From: an uncultured virus (IMG/VR IMGVR_UViG_3300027769_000015)
Lineage: Duplodnaviria; Heunggongvirae; Uroviricota; Caudoviricetes
Reading direction: 5' to 3' (one strand)
Virus record (IMG/VR): IMGVR_UViG_3300027769_000015
DNA length: 61,577 nucleotides
Positions within the stretch are counted from its first letter, which is position 1, and every line of letters begins with the position of its first letter. Shown one piece after another: positions 1-11,700 of the stretch. A program made the position numbers and the translations under genes. The notes beneath the pieces are model-generated. The model saw nothing but the letters and a program-made list of their open reading frames with translations. It did no database searches and was not told the origin of the DNA.

Positions 1-2750
1 TCCACGCAGATGAAGCTCCAGCGTAGGAATACTTACTTCCTGGGAAAGTTGTCGAATTTATATCTCTTGGCCTTATTCTTTCTGAACCTTCACTCTCATC
101 ATGTTGGTCAACATATTGACCATTTCCTATTGAAATCCCTACGTGACCATAGCCCTCATCCCCACCCTGCCAAAATACCAAATAACCAGCTGGTGGGTTC
201 TTTCCAATTTCTGTGTTTGGTCCATAGAATGAGGAGCTGGATATAAGATTAGACAGGTGTTCTCCTGCTGTTGGGAATGAGCTAAGAGTAGGCGTAGGTA
301 CAGTATACTCACCTGCATTACCTGCAGTTGTCCACTCATCTGTAAATAGCGCAGTTTGTGCCGTACCAAACAAGCCCAAAGCAGCTGAGAGAACTCTGGC
401 AAATCTATCGCAGCCAAAGTTTCCTTCAAGATCTGAACGATATTTAGAAAGCCATTGAGGAATCTTATTAGTGCTAATCCAGTCTGCAGCTTCTTTAATT
501 TGATTCTTGGTAAACGATGCAGGAGAGCCATCTCCACCAGCGCCTTGGGAACTAACAACATCTACCTCATATGTAATGATTCCACTAGCATCTTCGTTTA
601 TTAGCGAACCATCTTTAGGACTACTGTAGAATACAGTGCCGTCCATCCACGCTTCTATGTAGTTCACTGTTCTTTTATTGTGCTTTTTAAAATTTACTCT
701 AACCCAATCTTCTAATGTAGTTATTGGTTTTCCTGTTGTTAGATATACATTAACAGCGTTTTGAAATTTTACTCCAAATATAAATCCACAATCAGATCTT
801 GGTGTATCATCTGAATTATTATAATCTCCCCAATGGTAGAAACCGCTAGATGTATCTATCTTATTTGCATTTTTAAAATCTTTTCTACTCCATTTATCCA
901 TTAGCATCCACACTTGATTAATTGGAAACCATAATCTTTCATCGGTTGTAGACTTTGATGCCTCTTTATTAGTGGTTGTACTATAGGTTTCTACTAATTT
1001 CTTTGCTACAGCGTTAGGATCCCAGGAAGAAGCTTCTGGGGCAGCGTATGCAAGCCTGTGTGCTTGCACTAACTGTTTTGTTACAGCGGAGCCATCATAA
1101 TAAATTGGTACACCACTTGATGAATTAGTTGATCTTGTTATCAAAGAAATTAAATTATATTGAAACATTCCAATTGAAACGTCACCACCCCAATTTGTTT
1201 TATTATCAAAGCATTTGCCATTATACGCAGCTGGGCTAGCTCCACTTTCTCTTCCTGTTATGGCGCAAAAAATTGCTGCTGCCTCATCAGAGAACGGACC
1301 TTCTTGAGAGAGCATTACAAACAACTCATACGGAGTTATTGGTGGACCACCATTTTTATAGTTTTTATAGGCTTTTTCTTTTGCTGATGTTGCACTTGCC
1401 GAATTGTCTATTGGATTTCCATTTTCATCCAACAGCTGGCTAGAAGCATCGGTGGTCTTCCAGCCACCTGAACCAATATACTTCCCACCTCTTTGTGGAC
1501 TAAAGCTAATATGAATATTATCGGTATGCTCTGGACCAAATTCAAAGTTAACATATTTTAAATTTGGATACTGTGTTTTGATTGCAGTGTCAACTGATTC
1601 GAAACCTTCTCCAATACCCTTGTCTTTTGCAACATCTGGATCAATTACTATAAGATCCGGCATTAGCGGCTGTGGCATTGTGTTTAATTTTTGAAGAACC
1701 ATGTCTAGCGCGGCTGCATAACGATCTTTTGTTCTGATAACTGCGTAGTCTCCAACCGACCTAATATCAAACCCTCTTCCAAAAACATGGTCAGAAATAG
1801 AATTTTTATTATTTTTATCAATTCCATTCTCAGGATTTGAGTGTCTACTAGTCTTATCACTTTCCGACAGCACTGCTCTATTAAGAGCAAACGTACCATT
1901 TATCTTAACTCCCTTGCTTACATCTGTAAGCATCAAGAGACATTCTATTAGAGCAGCGCTGATGTACGCCTTTTTCTTTGGAGAACTTATCAATGCTGAA
2001 TCAACAGAATTCTGAGTTGGATTAGATTCGTCTGCATAATATGAGCTTGTTTGCACAAATGAATAAGACGAAAGAACATCTGGTATATCAAATTCAAACC
2101 CAAGGGTTAATGCTGGCTCATTGATAGATTGCTTGAGCAGCGTTCCTCTATCTGTATATATTTGTTTTTCCTCTTCGCTTAATTCTTCTTCCACTGCAAT
2201 AGCTCTTTCGCCTAAGCTGGGAGCTACACTATCTATTGTGTAAGCGGTGCTATTGTGAGTAAACAGTGCTCCAGTAGAGTCTCCAACTTTAGACTTGTCA
2301 TTTCCTGGCCATTTTCCATTTACCGATTCCAACAAAGGGTTTAATACTGACGTTGGCGCAAAACCAGTTCCCACCAAAGATTGGGAAACAACTTTCAAAT
2401 ATGCTTGATCACCCTTTAGTATATCTACGTCTCCTTCGTTTCCCTGATAATCTGGGTTAGCAATTTGAAATGCGTCACCCGACTGAATACCGGTTGCTAG
2501 TATGGAATGAAGGGATGATCTAACGAATTTAGATGACGCGTCTGCTAGTGCTGCTGGATTCCTAGTTAGCGCTCCGTCCAGACATTATGTCAGTTAAATT
2601 TCTAGATGTTAATGTTTGATTTGCGTATTTTTCTTTTGATGCAGAAGTAACTATGCTAGCACTTCCATCTGGATTGTAGCCTTCTGATAGCTTTGATATA
2701 AAAGCAGTAGAGTCATTAAAGTCGTTTAGATTAAAATTAAAATCAGACAT
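1..2750 (-). CDS. Virion multi-domain peptidoglycan hydrolase (M15-like peptidase + lytic transglycosylase + NlpC/P60-CHAP); +1 shift at CGGA 2573-2576; 3' end outside window
   Basis: ORF 2562-2750 reaches in-frame CGG at codon 59. The +1 frame from 2575 is open to position 1 (>=916 aa in total). It contains SDHVFGRGFD...HTDNIHISF, ITGRESG...IGMFQYN and GCDRF...PPAGYLVFW...YGHVGIS. Missing from the ORF track. Confidence 0.85.
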
Positions 2751-2752
2751 TA

Positions 2753-5700
2753 TTACAATCCACCCTTTTGCTCAACAAAGTTCGGCATTGGTATGTACCT
2801 ATCAAGGCCGCCAGTAGACGCCCTTTCTCTCAGTAGGTCAACGGTGTAAACTTGAGCTAAGTTATTAGTTACTAGCTCCCAGTTAAGAGTTGCTGGCACT
2901 CCATCATTATAGTACTCATCCCAGGAAATATATGGCCATTCTGAAGCTTTTGAATAGAGAACTTCTAATATTTTAAAATTAACTAAATCATTAAAGAGTT
3001 TTCTTTCATCGGTAGTTATGGTTAATAGTGGATCAGTTTCTCCTGTAATTTCAAAATGGTTTTCCATATCGGAAGTATATATTGAGTTATATATTTCGTC
3101 AAACTTTTTACCAAATACTGATTCATCATAAAGAGTTTCTTTAAATTTTTTCTTTTTTTCTATAATACTTAAGCCAATATATCGCACGAAGAAAGATCTT
3201 ATTAATGCAATATTAGCTTCCTTATCTTCATCGAGTATTCTATAGAATACTGTTCCTAAAGATTTTTCTCTTTCCTGATCTCCGTAATTAACGCCCTTAA
3301 AATAACTATTTGTATTATTAATTCTTGAACCAGGTGACAAGTCATCTTCTGTGTATATAGAAACTGATGATTGATCATTTGGAGAAATTCTAATAACGAA
3401 AGGTTTGTCTCTAAGTCTTTCGCTTACGAAGATTGCTGATCTTCCGCCTGGTGAATTAACGTTTATTGCAGTTGTTGGATCATCTGGTTTATATCCAGCT
3501 TGGATAGAAGTATTTGTATATGCTTGGAATGTTCCAAGACTTGAAGCTATTATTCCTTCTAGTCTAACTTTAAATGGTTGACCAGTTGGGTTCATTAAAT
3601 CTATTACTTCTATTTCGTCACCATCTATAACATTATTTAATTTGCATATTACTTTAAAGTATTGATTTAATCCTGTTTTATCTGGACCAGTTCCAGAATA
3701 CTTTAATACCTCAGCGTTGACGAGTGCATTTTCATAACTTACATATCTTACTAAGTCAGTTATTTCTTTTTCTTTCCAACCTAAGCTCTTAAGCAAATCG
3801 TCATTTCTGATAAATGCGTTTCCATCAACGGTTCTAACCTTACTTCTTACTCCCAAAATGCCAGGAAGAAGTCTCTTTGTGTGATATCTACCAACAACCA
3901 TTCCTTGATTTATCGAAAGGCTTGCATCCATTGGTTGACCATTCTTATTCAAATAGGATATATAGCAACCGTGCTGATCTAGCACATTATCCCTTACCCA
4001 CTTCCAGCCCTTCCAGAATAAATCAGATGCTACTGCACCAGCAATTCCAGCAGCAATTGCACCACCAGGAATTGCTGCTGTTGCCGCAGTTAGGCCCACT
4101 GTAGTTAGGTAAGTTGCTGCAATTCCTTTTAAGCTCACTCCATTTTCAGAATTTTGTTTCATTTGATTCTCTATTTGCGATTGAGCGTCTGTTAATCCTT
4201 CGGCTGCAAAGTTTGCCATTATGTCAGACATAAGTGCGCTTGACCCATGGGTGAATTGTACACCACCCATCATTTGCGCCCTTAATGCTTCTGACATACC
4301 GTCAACCGAAATGTTTCCGCCAGACAATATTCCGGTGCTTCCAGCTTGGACTGAATTAATTAAACTTCTTGTATCATTTCTTATATTTTGAATTGACATC
4401 CAAGAATGAATCCAGCTAGACATAAACCATCTTGCTGGATCATTTACGGTTACAAGAGCATTCGGTGTGATTGATGTAATGAATCCCATATTTGGAGTAA
4501 AGTGATGAACAACTTGTTCAACTTCAAATATTCCATACATTCTTTCATAGACGTCAGCAAGATAAACCAGGTCATGAGGTCTTATGTCTGGACTTCCTAT
4601 GACTATTAGTTCTCCAGAATAAATATCTTTTAGCGATTCCTTAAGATGGGCTAGAGCGACTCTTCTTGCCATCAACTCATCTGGTGCGCCTTGAGAAAGT
4701 TTTATTGCCCCTCTTGCAAATTCTATTGGATGGAATAGTGGTTGAGCAATTCCGAACAAACCTTCACCAGCTATATTGTCAAAATACAAACCAGTTTCTA
4801 CAGTTTTTTCTACTTGTCTTTCCGAAGGGATACTCTTATCCAAAGCTACAGTTACTGGATACTTTCCTTCAGAAACAGCAGTTACCTGAGTTGCTACATT
4901 AGTTGTAGTCTCCTGTATGTTGTTGGCTATAATTGTTGAAAAAGAACTTAGGTAATGTATCTTCTGGAACGGCTCACGCACCTCAACTACAGGCTCACCA
5001 TATTCTCTAGTAAACGGATTGTCAATAGCTCTTAAAAGTGATCCAGGTCTTCCTAATGAGTAATAAATAGAGTCATTTAATACCTTATTCATAATGTTTG
5101 CTTGCTTAGAGAAGTTGTCTATATTAGATAAACCATATCCCATTTGAAGCATTGACATTCTGAACATATTCATAAGCCCAGATAATCCATCGCTTAGTGC
5201 TGTAAATAATGGTCCAATATTTTGATCCCAGAAGCTATCAATATTATGAGTTAATACACCAACTACGTTTCCTGCGCTGTTTCCTTCGCCCTTATTATCT
5301 GCTAAAAGTTTTAAAAACTTTCTCTTGTTAGATGCGTAGTCTTGATTCGGATCAATAAATGCTGCAAATATTTTATGGACTGGAGAAAAATCCCACATAT
5401 CATCACTTGTATATTTTCTATTCGGCTTTAATACTAACCAAGCTCTAGCATAAGAATCTTGCCACATTGCTTGTCTAAACATTCCTACTATCAACAAGAA
5501 TACTTGCTTTGGCGTAAAGTGATCTTTAATCACGTCATCTGCTTTTGGTTGCCCACCGCCAACATCGGCACCGAGTATTAATGATAGATTAGATTGTGAT
5601 TGTAAAAACAATCCTAGTCTTTTATATTTAGTTTTTGTTAAAGTATCGAAATATCTAACTAGTCCACCTTCGTCAAGCGGTGCGTCAACTAAATTCTTCC

Positions 5701-8700
5701 TAGCAAATTCTATAGCTTGCTTAACTGTGTCAGAACTAACTGATAGTCCAGCTCCAGATTCAATCTGTCTTTCCATTGAATCTGCTGTACCGTATGGTTT
5801 TCCAGTTCTTTGATTTGGATTTGCTATAAAGTCACTTCCGAGCAATAAGCTGAATTCATCTACTGCAGTTGCGTCTGGACCATTAGCGCTAAACAGCTTA
5901 AATATGTCTGGATTAGCTTTTGGATTTCTCAATATATCTATTAAGAAACCTGGAAGTGGAGTTTTATCATCTGGGTCCATTCCAAAAGCGTCGAAGAATA
6001 TTTTCTTTACCGCTACTTCATTATGGTATCCAAACCTAAATTGATCCCATACATCATTTGCTTGATTAAGATTTCTTCCATTTCCAGCTATAACATGAGT
6101 AGCTGAGCTAAAACCTTCATCAAAGAATTCTCTAGCTTTTATAGACTCAGGAGAAGCCGGATCATAAACTGCAGCATATCTTTCTCTGCCCGAACCAGTG
6201 TCTTCATCCCCAGTAGTTTTAAGTTCACTATCTAGTATTTCATATAACTTTTCTCTTTCAAGAGAACTATAATCTGCTTTTAATATATAGTCAAAATAAC
6301 TATTTTCTTCACCAGCTCCAGCCAGGATATTTCCACCCCTAGCTGCTGCTTCGGCAAAGTGCCCTTGATCAAGTAATGTTATTCCACTTACTGGAATATA
6401 TTCTTGCCACTGAGTATTTGTAAAAGCTGTTGGTCTTTCATTTAATAGCTCTAGTTGTCTTTCAATTGAATCAGCAGTACCAGATAATCCTAACTTTTGC
6501 ATACCTGCTTTGTTTGCTTTTTCTGCTAAAAGTTTTCCATCACCCTCTGCTGAGAATGCACCAAATCCAATATAATAATCCATATCAACGTGAGTTTCAC
6601 CGTTGTACCTAAACTCGTTAGCTGGATTATAAGGTGTGGTAACAACACCGAGTGGAACACTATCATCAACGAAGGTAAAGTAGCAGTCTCTTGGCATCGG
6701 TACTGGAGCTAGTCCGGCCTGAGCTAAAGCTGAAGCGCCAACACTTGCTCTATTTTCATCAGTGCCATTGTCATCTTCTTCTCGTTTAAAATAATATTTT
6801 TCGTTTTCAGTTAAGTGCATTACGCCAAGGAAATAAGCTGCGTCTGGAGATACAACTGCTGCTAAATCAACTTCTTGTGCTATAGCAGATCTTGGACTCA
6901 CGACCCACTCTTCACTCCAATCGTTTTCTTCAGTGGTGCCATATATCAAATCTGCTTTATCAGTTCCCCACAAGAAATATGCTGGCCTACAAACAACTGC
7001 AGTTCTAGTTGTTGGACTATAAACTAAAACTTTTCTATTCTTATAATCTTTTGGTTTTCCATGAAACTGATCTTCATTTCTATCTGGGAAATATTTATCT
7101 TTAAACTTTTTAAATATTTCATCATCTTTATCTTCAATTATTTCATATGGCCATCTCATGGCTATATAGAATTGTTCATCAAGAGCAGTAGCTGGAGATC
7201 CCCAATCTCTATAGCTAAATGGGCTTCCAGAAGTAATCTTGTATTGATTAATGTATTCGTATTCCCAAGATCCTTCAAGGGTGTTCAATTCCCTAGTCTG
7301 TTCCTTTAGTGAAGGTAATGGCATTCTTATTAGTGATTTACTTCCTGAAACACCGCTTACGCTTAAGTCAAATATAAATTTATCATTACCAAATGTGTTA
7401 ATCGGATTAACAGCAGCGGTAAATGATACAGCTGCAAGGTTTATTACGAATTCATCTTCTGATCCACCTTCACGTTTGTCCGTAAATGAACCGGCAATAA
7501 GAGCTGCTTCCGTATCTATCAGGTTTCTATACAACGTGTCATGATTAAACTTTTCAAGATCTTTATCACCGTCATGTATGGTTCCAGTTTTTAGTCTGTC
7601 ATCACCCTCTCCTGATCTATTGTTACTCAACGCGTAGAACGAGTAGTCTAATAGAACTGATCCAGCAACTCTATCGGTAAAGTACGGGAAAGAAAATCTA
7701 AGTGGCATCTGAGGTATTTCTTTGTGTAGGTTTTTCATCTTTTCAACATCGACTTCAGATGCGTCTTGCCCAGTGCTGTCTATTGGCAAGTGGAAACCAA
7801 CTGTTACATAACCTTTATTCTTTGGTATTTCCGATATAATATCATTAAATAATTGTTCTTTTGTTGTTTTATTATTTCCATAATATGCAGTTCTAAAAGG
7901 ATCTAAGAAGTTAATTACTTTTCCTCTTAATACTCCAGCTGGTGCATATATATCTGAGTACGATGATTGTTGTCTAACAATATCAGAAAGCGATATTGCT
8001 GGGTTTTGTCCTTGTCTAAATGCTTCATAATCAGATGTGGGATTTGATTGTTTGTTAACTTTTGTTAAAAGGTCCATTAATTCTGAATCTGGACTTCTGT
8101 AGCTTGGGGTCTTTAATCCCAATTCTACAGCTCTTTTTTCAGAAGGGAAACCGGTAGTGATTGGAACTACTGCAGAAGTATATAACCAGTGCGGCTTGCC
8201 GTAGAATACGGTTGACCTATCTTCAAATGGTCTTACTGCAACAATATAATTAGGTAATAATCTTGCGCATAACTGGAATAGATCCCAGACTGATTTCATA
8301 TATGTTTGCGCTCTAAATGACACCTCATCAAATCCAGGCATGTCGTCGTCTAGATCACTAACTAAACCAAACGTTTTCCAGATATTTACGCCACCTCTAC
8401 CTGATAAACTTCCAAGCAATGATGCTCCTCCACCAACTGCCAACGTTCCACCTATAAAAGGAAGTGCAATGCCGCCTGTACCAATAGCTAACGCTGCACC
8501 TGCTGCCAATAACCCTCCACCAAGTATGGCTGTTGCGGTTCCGCCACTAGCTCTTGCTTCCATTCCTGAGGTTAAATCATCTATTGCTGCAGCGGCATTT
8601 TCTGAGCCTGAATCATATCTTTGAAGTAAGTTATTCCAAGAAGAATCCGTAAGTCTACTTAAATATTCTAACCTTGGATTTGGTTCCTCTCCTGGTGTTA

Positions 8701-11700
8701 ATGAGGCTGCGTTTGACCAACCGTCTCCTAGGTCACCACCAAGGAATTGAGCTACACCTGTTCCATTTCCTGGATAAATATTTCTCTTAAACAACTCTAG
8801 ATCTGGTTGTGATGCGAAGTTTGACCACATCGTTCTCATTATTCCAACCATTGGTAATCTTACGTCAATACCAAATGGCGATCCACCTATTCCAGTTCCA
8901 TTTGAATTATCACCAAATGGATTTAAAACACCAGCTACTGTACCAGCTCCACCAGTTATGCCACTGCCCTGACCAATCCCCAGCAAGGCGTCTGATGCTG
9001 CGTTTCTAATTCCAGAGTTTCTATTTCTTTCTATATCATTTAATGGCTCATAGAGTATTGTACCGAAATGTCTAATTCCAAATTTGTTTTCAGAAAAAAC
9101 AGTTCCCCTTGTTGCATGGGCAAATGCTTCTCTTGTTCTAGAAGTGCCCATTGACAAAAGTCGAACCATCAAGTCTCTTGGTTCAGATAAATACAATCCA
9201 GTATTTAAGGCACCGTCAATTTTACCGCTGTCTCCCTTTTTGTCAACAGAGTTTACAACTGGGCTAAGCTCAATGGCATCAGACTGACATGTTACCGTAA
9301 CTATTTCACCTAGTTCGACTTCGGTTACCACACCATTAAACAATGTGTGAAGTGAGTTTGGATTTGCGCCATAACCAACCCTTAAGTGAACTCTTACTCC
9401 TGGCTTAAGTCTCATGTTTTCTATGTCAACAATATATTGACTTTCCATGTGACCTAATTGATTTCGTGCAAAATTTAAAGTTCTATCTATTACTTGCTCA
9501 AGACCAGAAGTTAATGAGACTTTATCGACACCAGGGTTATCTTCTGTCTCGCCTCTTCCGCTAAATATCGTTGTAGCTTCTTTAGTAGAAAGCTTTGCGT
9601 ACATGTTTGATGCTCTAAATACTAATGTATCGCCAAGGATGTCTTCTGAAGATACTATAGAAAAATCTATTATTGATTGTAAACCGTAGAAATTATCAAA
9701 TAGTTTTGTACCAGCAAAAGTTCTTTCGTCTATCAACCAAAGCATGTAGGTAGGAAAGGCTCTAATCATTCTTCCTGATATATCTCTATATTGAGTGTCA
9801 ACCATCATCTTTTCCCAGTGATTTGTAACACTCTTTGAGTTGCCATTTGATTTCATTGTTTCTGGCTTACCTTCATCCCCAGATGAATAGGAGTATTGAT
9901 ACTCTGATAATGCCTTTGCTCCAGGTACTCCTGTTAAAGATTTTGTTGTTCCTACATCTGGTGTTTGAGTATCTGTTATTCCAATATATTCAACCGAACT
10001 ATCTTTTTTAACAGCAACGTCGTCTACAGTTAGATAAAATCTTCCATTCTGTTTATCGACATAACCAAACTGATATCCATCTGCGGTATGTATCATCGAT
10101 GGAATCTTTGTGTCACCTGGACCAGAAGCTGCTGGGAAAGTATTTATAATAGCGTGTGCGTCTAACTCATCTGGATTAAAGCTTACATAAGCATCTTCTT
10201 TGAATCCATCTTTTTCTTGATTTCCGGACAAAGCGGCTTGTAGTTTTGCTCTTGCTTCTTCATCAGAGCTTGATAAATCTCCAGATTTTAACTGACCAGA
10301 AGATAATCTCCAACTAGAGTCAGCTAAATCTTTAGTGTCAAACTCACCCTCATCTAAAGAATCCACATAACTTAATAAGAACTTATCATGAGGCTGATCA
10401 ACATCTTTTAGAACTTGCAATATGTAAGAAGCGGTTTCTGAAGCCTTTAATCCTAATGTTCCTCTAGAGTAAGCTTTTAATTCATCTAACTGATCATTTA
10501 ATATATACTCTTTAAACTTAGCGAGGACTGCAGAACCCTTGTATGGCATTGCGCCGCTTGGGGTTACTACTGTTATATCTTTGGATGGATCAACATTAAA
10601 CAAGTTAAGTCTAGAAAGCTTACCCTTATTTTCAGTTACGTTATGTATAACGTCTCTATCAAACATTTCAAAGCTTCTGAAATAGAAGTCTGGGTCAAGA
10701 CATCCCACAACTTCACTATCTTTATTTCTAATCTCTAAAGGAAAATCTGGATACGCATTAAACGAGCCCCATAATTGCTTCATTCTTAAGAATGGATTTT
10801 TCTTTGTTCCAAATTCTTCAATCATCTTTCTTTGTTGCTCGGAAGATAATTGTTCACGCTTTTGTTGGAAGATATCAAAGTCCACTAATCTTAAAGAAAC
10901 ATCATAAACGTGTGGGAAGTTTGGTATAGTCGAAACGTTAAAAGAAAGAGGGAGAACATATTTAACTCCAGCTAAAGCTGTTATTATATTCTTGATTCCC
11001 AAGAAGCCCATAACTCCAGCTGCGTGCTCAAGTCTGGCTAGTCCATTAATGTGGTCAAATATTTTTCTTAATTTTATTAATTCTTTTTCGCCAAAAACTT
11101 TCATGGAAATATTTATATAACTATCTCCACCACCAACGTGCTGATAAGTTGGCTCGTCCTGCATTTGAACTTGTAGTGGGATTATATTATTACTCATTGA
11201 GATAGAAACGTCAGTGACAATTGCTTGAGCTGGATCTATGTCAACCCTTATCATTGGAACTTCCCACTCTCTTATGTGAAAGCTTCCATTTCTTTCTCTA
11301 GCTGCCTCCATCAAATCTCTGATTGGTCCAGCTTTAAAGAATCTTTCGTAGACCATAGCGCTATACCCTGCAGCAAACTGATCTTTAATTATTGATCTTT
11401 CTTTTTCTTTCCATTCAGTATCATTTGTTTTTCCTGTATTTACTGCTCTCTTCTGCAAATACTCATCAACCATAAAGTCAAGGTATGAGCTTGTGCTTAA
11501 AGCCTTAGACTTAAAGAACGACTTTATTTGAGATAGCGTCTCATCTTGGAAAACTATCGCCCCAAAAACATATCTTTCGACATCTTCGTATGCGTTGTCA
11601 GTTCTACTAAAATCTCTTAAATAAGACTTTCTACCTGAATCAAGTTGTGGATTTTGAAATATAAAACTTGTTATAATAAAATCATAAGCCTTTTTTTGAA

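Noticed and set aside
10..1899. Track ORFs 10-246, 139-561 and 1705-1899
   Set aside because: Off-frame or antisense shadows of the long hydrolase frame.
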